From a virus, in IMG/VR virus record IMGVR_UViG_3300027728_000006, positions 32,001 to 96,000 of that record: a stretch of DNA of 64,000 nucleotides; one strand, 5' to 3'. Below, in pieces: positions 1-9,924 of this stretch (position 1 is the first letter of the stretch; the number at the start of each line of letters is the position of its first letter). Made by a program: the position numbers and the translations under genes. Below the pieces are notes generated by a model that saw nothing but the letters and a program-made list of their open reading frames with translations, was not told where the DNA came from and searched no databases.

Positions 1-2
1 GC

Positions 3-200
3 TTGAGGTCAGATGATTCTCAACTTGTTAGCCCTAATGCTACAAAAACGTCTGGTGAATTTTCTATACTTCAAAAAGCCAACTCTAATTTGATTATGAT
101 GGCTAGCCAGCATAGAGGCACTCCTGTTTGTTTTCCAATGCCTTGGCATGGCGGAGCTAATATTTCTGGAGTCGTAATTGGATCCAGTCAGTCTTCTTAA
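3..200 (+). CDS. 3' end of a hypothetical protein (truncated by window edge)
   Basis: Open frame from the window start to TAA at 198-200, 6 nt before the next ATG. Confidence 0.55.
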   Translation: MRSDDSQLVSPNATKTSGEFSILQKANSNLIMMASQHRGTPVCFPMPWHGGANISGVVIGSSQSS

Positions 201-206
201 TTTTGT

Positions 207-1265
207 ATGATTGAGCCAAATAGTCCAATTTTTGTAAATTACCTGGGGGAAATACCAATAAATCCAGATGATTTACCATTACCAGACAATCAGTATCGCA
301 GAAGACTTTTTGTTGGAACCGGTTCAGATAGACCAATTGGATTTACATTTAGAGAAATGGCTCTTTTGTATTGGAAGGTTAGATCTTTTAAATTTAGTGT
401 AAATGGAATATTACCGCCAAGAGATGCTCTTACTGATTTTCTAATGGCTGGCGGGGCTTCTGGAGGGGTTGCTCAAGCCTCTGGAGGATTAGAAGTAGTT
501 GCCGCGCTTGGCAACTCATTACCGAATTCATTTAATGCATCTGGATCAACTAAGGTATCAACAGCATCAAGAGTTAGAAACAGAATAAAGGATAGAAATA
601 TAGAAGAAGCTTCTCTTGAGGATTTAAATAATCTTAATTTGGCTCAAAAGTCCAATAAGGATAGAAAAATATTCGGTGATGATAATGGTCCTTACGCCGC
701 TAAGGTTCTACATACTCGTAGAAATAGAGATAATAAAAAAACCGGAAATGATTACAGAGCCGTAAATGTAAACGAGGGAAGCTTGCCTGCAGCTGGTCCG
801 GTGCATAAATTTTCCAATAATGGATGCAGTCTTGTGATAGATTTCTCGTACATAATAAAGAAAAAATTTCTTTATTATCCTAGGATCATTGTGACAACTC
901 CATGGGGAAATTCATGGGTCAGCTTTTCTTCGGAAACAGAAACAGAATATGGCTTAAAGACAAATTTTAACACGTCTTATTCAAGCGCGTCAAGCATTTA
1001 TGCAAATGTTTTTTTCAAAAATGGAGGACTTATTCCTATATATTATTTTTCAGAACTTCAAGTAGGACAAACTGGCATGAGAGGTCTTATGGGTCCAATA
1101 ATAAATGGAGATATTTCTATCATGAGCCAGGGATCCTCGAGTGGATCAGCTAGCACAACTAGCTGCTGCTCTAGATTTTATTATGATGACTCTGACAAAT
1201 ACAGACTTGAAAATGCTAAGGAATGTAAAAATTGTGAGCAACTTGGAGTTGGATTAAAACTTTAA
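207..1265 (+). CDS. hypothetical protein (possibly virion-associated)
   Basis: 352-aa ORF, Gly/Ser-rich with Cys-rich C-terminus; converges on the minus-strand block. Confidence 0.6.
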   Translation: MIEPNSPIFVNYLGEIPINPDDLPLPDNQYRRRLFVGTGSDRPIGFTFREMALLYWKVRSFKFSVNGILPPRDALTDFLMAGGASGGVAQASGGLEVVAALGNSLPNSFNASGSTKVSTASRVRNRIKDRNIEEASLEDLNNLNLAQKSNKDRKIFGDDNGPYAAKVLHTRRNRDNKKTGNDYRAVNVNEGSLPAAGPVHKFSNNGCSLVIDFSYIIKKKFLYYPRIIVTTPWGNSWVSFSSETETEYGLKTNFNTSYSSASSIYANVFFKNGGLIPIYYFSELQVGQTGMRGLMGPIINGDISIMSQGSSSGSASTTSCCSRFYYDDSDKYRLENAKECKNCEQLGVGLKL

Positions 1266-2077
1266 ACTTTCTTCTTAAGCCTTTGAATAAGTTCGAAAAT
1301 AACCTTGTTCGGCACATTACTTGGCTCATTCCAATCTTCCGCTTCTACCTTTCCTTCTTTTTTCAAGGTTTCTTTTACTTTTTCAAAAGTAATATTTGTT
1401 TTTTTCATTAGGTCTATCAGAACATTTACAGGATGAGTCGATGAAACTGCTGAGTGATCACTTGAATCTTGCGGCGGCTGCCCTTTGTTTGAATCTCCAA
1501 CTTCATCGCTTCCAACGATATTTATTCTTAAAAAATTTCTTACGGCTCTAACAAACGCTCTGTTTTCAGCAATAGCCATCAAGTAATCTTTGGCAAAACT
1601 TTTTGTGTTTTCAATATGGGCGTCGGCTAGCGATGAGAATAAGACTGGCTCCATCTCTGTTTCAAAATTAGGGATCCATTCTATTGTGCATTTAACAGCC
1701 ACATAGCTGCTACTGGCTTGAACTACGTCATACGCCACGCTTCTAAAGCCTCTAGTTTGCGCGAGGTCTTTAATGCCAGCTAAAAGAATCAAAAGTTGGT
1801 TATCGGGAAGGCTTGATATATCAACGTCCTTGCCTTGGTTTTTTAAGGCATCCCTGTTAGCAACTAGATATTCTCTACCTATCATCGCTCTCCAGTTAAT
1901 GGTTCCGTTGACATTAAATTCATATTTTACGCTAGGTAAAAGCCCGCGTTCGTCTCTTTTGAAGAGAGTTAGTTCTTTTTCTAAAGAAGAGGACTCGCCC
2001 TCATCGCCTACATCTGGCAGGTTAACGGTTTCAATTGTTTCGATTTCTTCGCTTGTATTTTTTGTATTTTTTTTCAT
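1262..2077 (-). CDS. putative single-strand annealing protein (Rad52/Sak-like)
   Basis: 271 aa; motif YLMAIAENRAFVRAVR resembles the 'MAETRAxxRALR' helix of Rad52-type SSAPs; lies in the replication module. Confidence 0.45.
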   Translation of the reverse strand: MKKNTKNTSEEIETIETVNLPDVGDEGESSSLEKELTLFKRDERGLLPSVKYEFNVNGTINWRAMIGREYLVANRDALKNQGKDVDISSLPDNQLLILLAGIKDLAQTRGFRSVAYDVVQASSSYVAVKCTIEWIPNFETEMEPVLFSSLADAHIENTKSFAKDYLMAIAENRAFVRAVRNFLRINIVGSDEVGDSNKGQPPQDSSDHSAVSSTHPVNVLIDLMKKTNITFEKVKETLKKEGKVEAEDWNEPSNVPNKVIFELIQRLKKKV

Positions 2078-3307
2078 CTATTTTTTGAAAATGTAAATAT
2101 TATCGTAATCTTTTTGTAAAAGAAGGTCAAGATTTTTTATTTCTTTGAGGTCTTGATAAAACGACCTAGTTAAAGCTTTTTCTTTCAAAGCCGCCTCGCT
2201 GATATATGTTGACCCATCTGAATAGATTATTCTATAGCTTTTATAGAAGCTTGAGCCCTTGATTTTTTTTAATAATTCCTGCTGCTTTTCTTTAGTGTCC
2301 CTTTTTTCTATTTTATATACTTCGCATACATCCAATAGGTTTAATTTTAAATTATTAATTTCTTTTTCATTGTCCATTATAGATTCGTCGAATAGAAATT
2401 TGCAATTTAATCCTAGCTTTATCAGTTCTTTAATGAAGAGTTTAGTGCTCTCTGATGAATCTTTTACGTAAAAGGTGAATTCTTCTAGATTTTTTTTAAT
2501 TTCGATATTTTTTAAAAACTCCACGTCGAATTTTTTATCAGAAAAAATCCTGCACTTTCTCTTGGATAGATTTGTTAAAATGTATTTTATATTATTTCCA
2601 TCAATTACATTCGAATTCAAAAGATCAAGTCTTAGATTGAGTGTTTTATCGGGAGCTTGCTGTACATAGAAATCAAAATTAGGAACTAATTCTATTTTAA
2701 GATTAGAAAAATCTTCTCCAAGGTGAAGAGATTGTATGTCCAGATTATTTTTAATTTTAAGAAATTTTAAAACTTCTTTAGACGCTTCTTCCGGCTTAAT
2801 AAGATTAATTGTTTTCGGTTTTTCTTCACTAGAGAAAGATGGCTTGTTGCCATTCCTGTGAGACTCTATCATCTTGTAATCTTCTTTTTTACTCCAGTAT
2901 GGGTAAATATTTTCGGCGTAAATTACTGTAGATAGGCAAACTATCTTTTTTTGGAAATAGGAGGCGAAATGTAGGCTCATCGTATCACTTCCAAGGTAAA
3001 GTTCGCTATTCTTGATTAAATGAGCAGTTTGCCTCTTTGTGCAGCCGAGAGCGCTGTAGCAATTATTTATTAGTTTTTCTTTTTCGGCTCCCACCTGAAC
3101 GATTTTAATATTTTCTTTTTCTAAAAAGGGTAGCATGAAATCAATCACCTCGTTATAATAATCGTAATTTTTAGACTCCATGCCGCTTCCAGCATTGAGG
3201 CAAATATATTTACTATTACCAAATGGCAATGGAAAATATTGAGTGATTATTTTAGGTAATCCAATTTTTGCGCCGCAGTTCACTGCGTATTGTTCTAATA
3301 TGTGCAT
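2078..3307 (-). CDS. glycosyltransferase family 9-like protein (C-terminal GT-B half plus extension)
   Basis: KYICLNAGSGMESKNY...KIVQVG...LIKNSELYLGSDTMSLHFASYFQKKIVCL matches the heptosyltransferase C-terminal Rossmann domain. Confidence 0.7.
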   Translation of the reverse strand: MHILEQYAVNCGAKIGLPKIITQYFPLPFGNSKYICLNAGSGMESKNYDYYNEVIDFMLPFLEKENIKIVQVGAEKEKLINNCYSALGCTKRQTAHLIKNSELYLGSDTMSLHFASYFQKKIVCLSTVIYAENIYPYWSKKEDYKMIESHRNGNKPSFSSEEKPKTINLIKPEEASKEVLKFLKIKNNLDIQSLHLGEDFSNLKIELVPNFDFYVQQAPDKTLNLRLDLLNSNVIDGNNIKYILTNLSKRKCRIFSDKKFDVEFLKNIEIKKNLEEFTFYVKDSSESTKLFIKELIKLGLNCKFLFDESIMDNEKEINNLKLNLLDVCEVYKIEKRDTKEKQQELLKKIKGSSFYKSYRIIYSDGSTYISEAALKEKALTRSFYQDLKEIKNLDLLLQKDYDNIYIFKK

Positions 3308-3317
3308 ATTTTATAAA

Positions 3318-5327
3318 TTAGAAATTTTTTATGTCAAAAGCAAGCTTATCTTTGCCGTTGTGTATATAGTTTAAAATTCTTTGCGTTCCTATGTGTGGAA
3401 GAAAAGTTATTTCAAAGTATCCTTTATTTCCCCCTTGCCCCTCTGACCACAATAAATTGTCCATAATTGGATAATAATCTATGACCTTGTGAATAAATTC
3501 ATTTCCATCTAGGATGTCTGCATATTGTTTTTTTGTAGCAAAGTATATATTATAATCAGGATAAGTTTCTTTTATTGATGGTAGAAGCGACGTACACCAG
3601 AAAACATCTCCAGCGCTTTGAGGCATAACGAAAAGTAATCTTTTTCCTTCGTCATTTTTGTCTAGAATGTCTTTAAAGTCAATTTTTTCTTTTTTTTGAA
3701 TTTCTTCTGAAGCTACTTTTCTAAAGTAATTTTCTATAGTTGCTCTTTCTGTATTTTTTCCAAGCTCTGTACACCAGTATTGAAAACCTTCATTTGATTC
3801 TTCTATCTCCATGTCGAGAATACTTTTGTATAAAACTTTTATCCATTCTTTATCCATTAAATTGGATGGAATAATTGCTTCTGGGTTTTGCTTTCTAACC
3901 TCTTTTGATTCAAATGAGCTTTCATCTTCATCATTTATAAATGGAGTATTGTCTAAATAGTCTTCTATTTCTCTTGAAACATTTGATATTCCGAATTTTT
4001 TAACCGTCCATTCTCTTGCTTTTTTGCCCCAGTCTTTTTTTTCCTCTTTACTTAATGAGATGAACTTGTCCAATTGTTGCTTGATTGAAGCTGGGTAGGT
4101 TGATGCTTTTATAAATTCAGTTCCATGTTCTAAATATTTTGCCCAATCTAGAGGTAATGAATATGCTTCCGGCTCGCAACATTCCTCTCCGCATGAGTAA
4201 TTTGTGACTAGCGTAATAAGTTCAGTAAGCTTAGCTTCTTGAATAGGAATTTCTTGCCCCCCACTAGTGAATGGATGGACATATACATCCATTAAATTGT
4301 AAATCTCATTAAGCTCCTCTTCCGAGATTCCAAATCCAACACCTGTAGTAATTTGAGATCCGCGTGCTCTGCAGCAATTGCAATTTTTATTTTGAGCATC
4401 CAGAGGCTCTTCCGTTTTTTGTCCAAACTCATCCAATACGAAATTGTCATTATCTTTTTTAAATTTTTCTAATCTATCGTCAAATGACTTAACTTCGTAC
4501 TGTCTGCAAGATCTGCAAATATAAGTTGTTAATATTTCTTTTGTATCAACCCCATATTGATCCGCTTGCGCTTTTATATTCCAACCTTCTGAAAAGTTCG
4601 TATGCAAAAGTAAATAAGCATTTTTTATCTCTGGATGTGAATCTCTCCACATTTTGTAGCCCTCCATTAAGTTGGGTACAAGTTTTCTAAGTTGGTTTCT
4701 GAATACGAAACCTATAATAATGGCATCTTCTGGTAGATTGTTTTTTACCCTTAGCTCTTTTCTTTTTTCATCATTGAGTCTGTAAAATTTCGAGTCATCA
4801 ATTGGTCCATGTATAGTTTTTACATGTTCATGACCAAGCCTATGAAGTTCTTTTTCGGCAAAATTGCTCCAAACCCAGTAATTTTTAATGTCTTTAGCTT
4901 TTTTAACTGCAAGTGGCAATATTGGTAAAGAGTCTAGCGTGATCCAGAGGCAGCTATTGATTTTCTTGAACCAAGTTTTATCGATATTATAGTCCACCCC
5001 CCAAAAATCTTGAGTTCCGATATAAATATCTGGTTTAATATTTTTAATATGTTCGTCGATTGTATGCGCACCATACCCAAGTGTTCTTGCTTGATTTGGA
5101 TCTTTTACTATTTCTTGGATTTTTGATTGGTCGGATGGCACGCTTCCATAACTTTTCCATGGAGTAGCTTGTAACTCTGGGGATCCCTCGTTAACGCTAC
5201 AACATACATGATGAATATCATATTTTTCAGTCTTATAAAGACTCGAAAGAAGAGTCTTCATTACTCTACCGAAACCTGTTTTAGCTAATGCGAAATCAGA
5301 GTGAAATAAAACCTTTTTTTTTCTCAT
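3318..5327 (-). CDS. GT4-type glycosyltransferase with Zn-ribbon insert and C-terminal GT9 N-domain
   Basis: N-terminal TGFGRV; IGFVFRNQLRK; YNLMDVYVHPFTSGGQEIPIQEAK (GT-B donor loop); CxxC...CxxC insert; C-terminal LLFVMPQSAGDVF. Confidence 0.8.
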   Translation of the reverse strand: MRKKKVLFHSDFALAKTGFGRVMKTLLSSLYKTEKYDIHHVCCSVNEGSPELQATPWKSYGSVPSDQSKIQEIVKDPNQARTLGYGAHTIDEHIKNIKPDIYIGTQDFWGVDYNIDKTWFKKINSCLWITLDSLPILPLAVKKAKDIKNYWVWSNFAEKELHRLGHEHVKTIHGPIDDSKFYRLNDEKRKELRVKNNLPEDAIIIGFVFRNQLRKLVPNLMEGYKMWRDSHPEIKNAYLLLHTNFSEGWNIKAQADQYGVDTKEILTTYICRSCRQYEVKSFDDRLEKFKKDNDNFVLDEFGQKTEEPLDAQNKNCNCCRARGSQITTGVGFGISEEELNEIYNLMDVYVHPFTSGGQEIPIQEAKLTELITLVTNYSCGEECCEPEAYSLPLDWAKYLEHGTEFIKASTYPASIKQQLDKFISLSKEEKKDWGKKAREWTVKKFGISNVSREIEDYLDNTPFINDEDESSFESKEVRKQNPEAIIPSNLMDKEWIKVLYKSILDMEIEESNEGFQYWCTELGKNTERATIENYFRKVASEEIQKKEKIDFKDILDKNDEGKRLLFVMPQSAGDVFWCTSLLPSIKETYPDYNIYFATKKQYADILDGNEFIHKVIDYYPIMDNLLWSEGQGGNKGYFEITFLPHIGTQRILNYIHNGKDKLAFDIKNF

Positions 5328-5328
5328 T

Positions 5329-5820
5329 TTAATCTTCTTGACTTACTGTATTGCTGGAGGAAACACTGAAGGATGCTTCGAGGCTAAGTTTCAGCCATTC
5401 TCTTAGTTTAATTGATTCATCATTCGTAAAGCCAACTGAAAAAATATTTTCTTTGTCTTTTGTGTCAGAAACCCTTAATCCAAATCCTGACATTACTCCT
5501 TCTTTAAGATATGGCGAAAAAGAAATTGAAACTCCAGAATCATTATTAAATTTATGAAAAGTTGACCACTTTTCTTCTTTTTCAATTGCTCGAATAATAC
5601 CAGAAACTTCAACATCATTGAATTTGATATTTTTTTTGGCGCTCAAATTGTCTTTATTACCCTTGAATGAGCCAATTTTTTTCTCAGCATTCCATGAGAA
5701 TTGTTTTATAAAAGAAACGTAAATCCCACCATCTGCTTCGTTAAAAGCGATGGAAACGGCTACTCCCTTGTTGCTTGCATTTGGTTTGTAAAATTGAATA
5801 TTGTTTATAGTCATACGCAA
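5329..5820 (-). CDS. putative ssDNA-binding protein (PC4/Whirly-like)
   Basis: 163 aa with a repeated beta-beta-beta-alpha pattern; directly downstream of the polymerase; inference only. Confidence 0.35.
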   Translation of the reverse strand: MRMTINNIQFYKPNASNKGVAVSIAFNEADGGIYVSFIKQFSWNAEKKIGSFKGNKDNLSAKKNIKFNDVEVSGIIRAIEKEEKWSTFHKFNNDSGVSISFSPYLKEGVMSGFGLRVSDTKDKENIFSVGFTNDESIKLREWLKLSLEASFSVSSSNTVSQED

Positions 5821-5831
5821 ATATTATATAT

Positions 5832-8432
5832 CTATTCTATCTCTTCATCTATTAATTCTTCATCTTTTATATCTCTGAGAGCCATGTATATTTTTGCAGT
5901 CTGAATCCCTAATTTATCCACATAACAAGCGTTCCCATCCTTCTTGGTTCCTTTTATAACTAACACGTCGCCTTCCTTCGGAAGATTTCCATCATTATCT
6001 TTTTTACATTCCTCAAGCTTATCCCATTTTTTAGATGAAAAAATAAAGCAGTCAACGGATCCAGTTTCGTCAGAGACTGAATACTTTACATATGGGTTCC
6101 CATTCTTTGATGTTCTTTTTACGATTTCATTCACCACTCCTACGAAAAATAGACTGCTTTTGTCACTCAATGAGTTGCAATATTTAATATCTTTAATATT
6201 TTCATTCTTCTTGCCGAAGATGGAGGAAAGACTTTCGCTGTAAGACATACCAAGAAGAGCTCTTTCGTAAAAAAAATTTGCCAATTCTTCATTTCTACTA
6301 TTCAACAAGTAAATAGTTTTAAATTTGTCATAATCCCTTTTAATTGTAGAAAACCTAGAACTCTTAATGATTGAACCACCTTTTTCATCTTTTATGGTTT
6401 CGTTCAAGGCTTTTACGCAATTAAGAACATCATCAAATTTTCCAGATTCAATTAATTGTTTTGTTAAAATTTTCTCTCTATCTTTTAGAAGATTCCACGT
6501 TTGCGCTTCTAAAACCAATCTGCTCCTAGATTTATTGTTTATACTTTGAAGAGCACCGGCTTGAATGAGCGCTGAAAGAACGCCTATTGATATCTTGGCT
6601 TGCTTTGCGGCGATGAATAAGTCAATTTTTGAATTATATTCGCCTCTAAAATTGATCATTTTTTCAATCACTTTTTTACTAATACCTTTGATTGCAGATA
6701 ATCCATATCTAATATTTGCGCCCTCTATCTCAAAGTCTTCGCCACTTTTCGCTAGGTCTGGAGGCAAAAGCTTAATTCCAAAATCCTTCATTTCTATACT
6801 GATAATATTAATTTCATTTAAACTATCCTGCTCGTTCTTTGCCATCCTCAGAAGAGCTAGGAAGAATTCTTTAGTGTGATTAAATTTAAAATATATAGTC
6901 AATGCTGCCATTGCGCTATAGGCTGCGCTATGAGAAAAGTTAAATTGATAGCCAGCACTGTCTTCACATACTTTCCAAATAGCGTCAGCTGTTTCTTTTT
7001 TTATATTTGAAGATTTGCACTTCTCATAAATCTTTGGCTTCCATTTCGCAATTTCTTCTGGGAGTTTTTTTCCGATAGCTCTTCTAATCTCTTCTGAATC
7101 AGAAAGAGAAAACCCAATTTTATTAAACATAGCCATTACCTGCTCCTGGTAAAGGCAAATGTTTCCGGTTTTTTCCAATACTGATTCGATAATTGGATCA
7201 ATTTCTGGCTTAACCCCAGTATTTGCATATGTTGCATATTGATCTGCGTAATCTAATGCTCCTGGTCTTGCAAGCGCAACTACAGCGCTGAGTTGTTCTA
7301 AATTTTTTGGCTTGACTTTTTGACAAACCTTATAATTTGTATCCGCTTCAATTTGAAATAAACCTCTTGGATTTTTTAAATCTTGAAGATGCGCATATAT
7401 AAGTTCATAATCTTCTAGATCAATTTTTTTATAATTTATACCCACTAACTTTGAGACTTCATGAATTACCGACACACTCTTTAAGCCAAGAAGGTCTAGT
7501 TTAATATTAATTTTTGTTGCCCAGTCCATTGTGAACGAGCTTACGGATTCTTTATCAGATGTTAATTCCGTTGGAGTAGTTTTATTTAGCAAATCGTGAC
7601 TAACCACAATTCCAGAAGCGTGAACTCCCTTATTTCTAATTAAATTTTTAAGTTTTAAAGCAATTTGATATACTTGCTTATTTTCATCGCACCAATTTTT
7701 AAATTCTTCGTTTGTCTCATAAATCTCCTCTGGCTCAGCTACTTTTCCAAATTTAGAAGTAAACAAAGGGGTAATTTTATTCATCTCTACTTCATCTTTT
7801 TCACCGATGATTTTTCCGCAATCTTTAATTAGAGCCTTACCAGAAAGGGTGGATACTGTAAGCATCTTGCTTGTTCTTTGAGGATACTTTTCTTCAAGAT
7901 ATTTTATGACTTCTTTTCTTCTATAATAGCAGATGTCGCTGTCAATATCTGCGATCATTTTTCCGTCAAGATATGTCACTCCATTTATAACTTGCTTTTT
8001 AGCTCTGGCTTCTGATACAAATCTTTGAAAAAATAATCCGTATTTTACTGGATCTACCCCAGTTACGCCAAGTAAATAAAGAACAAGGCTTCCGGCCGCT
8101 GACCCCCTACCAAGTCCAGTTGGAATATCGTTTTTATTACAAAAATTAAAAACATCCCAAACTATCAAAATATAATCTACAAAATCAAGTTTATAAAGAC
8201 TTTCAACTTCTTCAGTGACTCTTTCTTTGTACTTTGATATATCAAATCCTTGAGCCTTCCATTCTGGCATCTTTTCTTTAAAGCCTCTATTGCATAGAGA
8301 TTTTAAAATTTCTAAACTATTCGCATTTTCTGGAATAGCAAACTCGATGCGATCTTTTTTTTCGACTTCTACTTTTGGGCACCGAACACCATAAAATGGA
8401 AGGTTAAGTTTTGAAAAATTTTCTAAAAACAT
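5832..8432 (-). CDS. dnaE: DNA polymerase III alpha catalytic core lacking the PHP domain
   Basis: GLGRGSAAGSLVLY, ADIDSD, GVHASG, KLDLLGL, LYQEQ, YQFNFSHS, IRYGLSAIKG, C-terminal OB fold. Confidence 0.95.
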   Translation of the reverse strand: MFLENFSKLNLPFYGVRCPKVEVEKKDRIEFAIPENANSLEILKSLCNRGFKEKMPEWKAQGFDISKYKERVTEEVESLYKLDFVDYILIVWDVFNFCNKNDIPTGLGRGSAAGSLVLYLLGVTGVDPVKYGLFFQRFVSEARAKKQVINGVTYLDGKMIADIDSDICYYRRKEVIKYLEEKYPQRTSKMLTVSTLSGKALIKDCGKIIGEKDEVEMNKITPLFTSKFGKVAEPEEIYETNEEFKNWCDENKQVYQIALKLKNLIRNKGVHASGIVVSHDLLNKTTPTELTSDKESVSSFTMDWATKINIKLDLLGLKSVSVIHEVSKLVGINYKKIDLEDYELIYAHLQDLKNPRGLFQIEADTNYKVCQKVKPKNLEQLSAVVALARPGALDYADQYATYANTGVKPEIDPIIESVLEKTGNICLYQEQVMAMFNKIGFSLSDSEEIRRAIGKKLPEEIAKWKPKIYEKCKSSNIKKETADAIWKVCEDSAGYQFNFSHSAAYSAMAALTIYFKFNHTKEFFLALLRMAKNEQDSLNEINIISIEMKDFGIKLLPPDLAKSGEDFEIEGANIRYGLSAIKGISKKVIEKMINFRGEYNSKIDLFIAAKQAKISIGVLSALIQAGALQSINNKSRSRLVLEAQTWNLLKDREKILTKQLIESGKFDDVLNCVKALNETIKDEKGGSIIKSSRFSTIKRDYDKFKTIYLLNSRNEELANFFYERALLGMSYSESLSSIFGKKNENIKDIKYCNSLSDKSSLFFVGVVNEIVKRTSKNGNPYVKYSVSDETGSVDCFIFSSKKWDKLEECKKDNDGNLPKEGDVLVIKGTKKDGNACYVDKLGIQTAKIYMALRDIKDEELIDEEIE

Positions 8433-8470
8433 ATTCTATGTTAGATATTTAAACGTTTTTGAGTTAGTTG

Positions 8471-9124
8471 TCAAATTTCAATTTGATATTTTAATTTGTT
8501 CCAGACTTGAATATTTATATTTAAATCATAAAGAGCGTCGTGCAGCTTACTTTCGTCAAGTTCTATAGATAAATTTTGAGCTACCTTGCTTAATGAGTTT
8601 TTAGAACCCTTGACTATATACCTGAGCATTTTGTACTGATAAAACATAAAATTCTCAGATTTTTGATATGGAATTCCGTTATTTATACCCTTTGCTATTG
8701 ATAGCGTATCAAACACTTGTTTCTTCGCAAGGATATCTGGACACTTTCTACCCATTCGCTCATAGATGGCTTTAATGAGGTAAATATCAAATCCGAGAAT
8801 ATTGTGACCAGCTATCGCATCACAGTCTTTCAAGTGATCGGAGAGTATATTGAAAGCATCAATTGGTTTAACGCCATCCTTATTCATTCGGTCCTCAGAG
8901 TAAGAATGAGCCATTTGCCTTGCGCCTTTTGAAAATTTAAAATCATCTCCCCAGTTTATTAGTATGTCTAATTCGGAATTTTTGCAAATTTCTCCCCCAA
9001 CTGTTTTAATCAAAGCCATCTGCCATGGAAGATTAAATCTATAATTAAGGCAAAGATTGGCGGTTTCAAAATCAATAAAAAGAATTTTAATTTTCTTATT
9101 AAATCTAACGAGGTCTTCTTGCAT
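8471..9124 (-). CDS. DEDDh 3'-5' exonuclease (DnaQ/epsilon-like)
   Basis: ExoI FIDFET, ExoII GHNILGFD, ExoIII LHDALYD. Confidence 0.88.
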   Translation of the reverse strand: MQEDLVRFNKKIKILFIDFETANLCLNYRFNLPWQMALIKTVGGEICKNSELDILINWGDDFKFSKGARQMAHSYSEDRMNKDGVKPIDAFNILSDHLKDCDAIAGHNILGFDIYLIKAIYERMGRKCPDILAKKQVFDTLSIAKGINNGIPYQKSENFMFYQYKMLRYIVKGSKNSLSKVAQNLSIELDESKLHDALYDLNINIQVWNKLKYQIEI

Positions 9125-9125
9125 T

Positions 9126-9887
9126 TTATTTATTTTCTAGAAAGGATTCGAGACAAAAAGAATCACTGCACATGTGATCAAGATTAGGTTTTTGCAACTC
9201 ACTTTTCTTGCCCAAGCATCTAATCGTCAAATAAGCTAAAAAGTCTTCCCTATTTTCGTAATAGATAGATTGTATTTTTATTAACTCTGAGGCTGGAAAG
9301 TTTGATTTTACGAATGAAAAAAGTTTTTCCTTATAAATTGAATCAAACGGTAATTCATTTTCCTCCCAAAAAAATGTTGGGGTTGTCCAAAATTCAGAAG
9401 GGGCGCAAGAACTCATCCTAAAATGATTATTAAAAAGATAAGAATCGTAAAATGGAACGCCAAGTGAAAGAGAGGGGCACCAATATTTTTTCAAATTTTC
9501 AAAATCAATTCTAGGAACGTAATAAAACCCGTCTTTGGCGGCAGTAGAAAAGATTGAACTTAAATTTTCATAGCCGTCGGCATCATTTAAAAAGATAATA
9601 TATTTAGATTCAGTTTTTATTGACGCTTCATTTTTTTCAGCAATATTATTGCAAACAGTAATTCTTAATCCAAAATTTACATTTACATCGAGGTCTTTAG
9701 AATTAAAGTAAAGCTCCAATAAGCCGGACATATTATCATCAACCAAAAAAGCATTCTTGATATTATTATCTTTAACCAATTTCAAAATTGACCTTGGTCC
9801 GACTTCACCTTCATGATTTTTTTCCAGCGTTAGGATGGATCGATTCATTGAATAATGAGACTTGAAAAATGGTATAGTGTCGTCCAT
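9126..9887 (-). CDS. stand-alone PHP domain of DNA polymerase III alpha (degenerate)
   Basis: FKSHYSMNRSIL, LVDDNMSG, GYENL, DGFYYVPRID correspond to the DnaE N-terminal PHP; start set at ATG 9887 (track ORF to 9902). Confidence 0.85.
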   Translation of the reverse strand: MDDTIPFFKSHYSMNRSILTLEKNHEGEVGPRSILKLVKDNNIKNAFLVDDNMSGLLELYFNSKDLDVNVNFGLRITVCNNIAEKNEASIKTESKYIIFLNDADGYENLSSIFSTAAKDGFYYVPRIDFENLKKYWCPSLSLGVPFYDSYLFNNHFRMSSCAPSEFWTTPTFFWEENELPFDSIYKEKLFSFVKSNFPASELIKIQSIYYENREDFLAYLTIRCLGKKSELQKPNLDHMCSDSFCLESFLENK

Positions 9888-9893
9888 TTTTTG

Positions 9894-9921
9894 ATCATAC
9901 ATGTTCTTTAAGACATGTCAA
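9894..9921 (-). promoter_or_regulatory. sigma70-type promoter upstream of the PHP gene
   Basis: TTGACA-16 nt-TATGAT; ATG 6 nt after the -10. Confidence 0.5.
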
Positions 9922-9924
9922 ACG

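Noticed and set aside
8443-8474. sigma70 promoter upstream of the dnaE core (similar case at 13341-13370)
   Set aside because: A good -35 (TTGACA/TTGACT) is present but there is no convincing TAnnnT -10 at 16-18 nt spacing.
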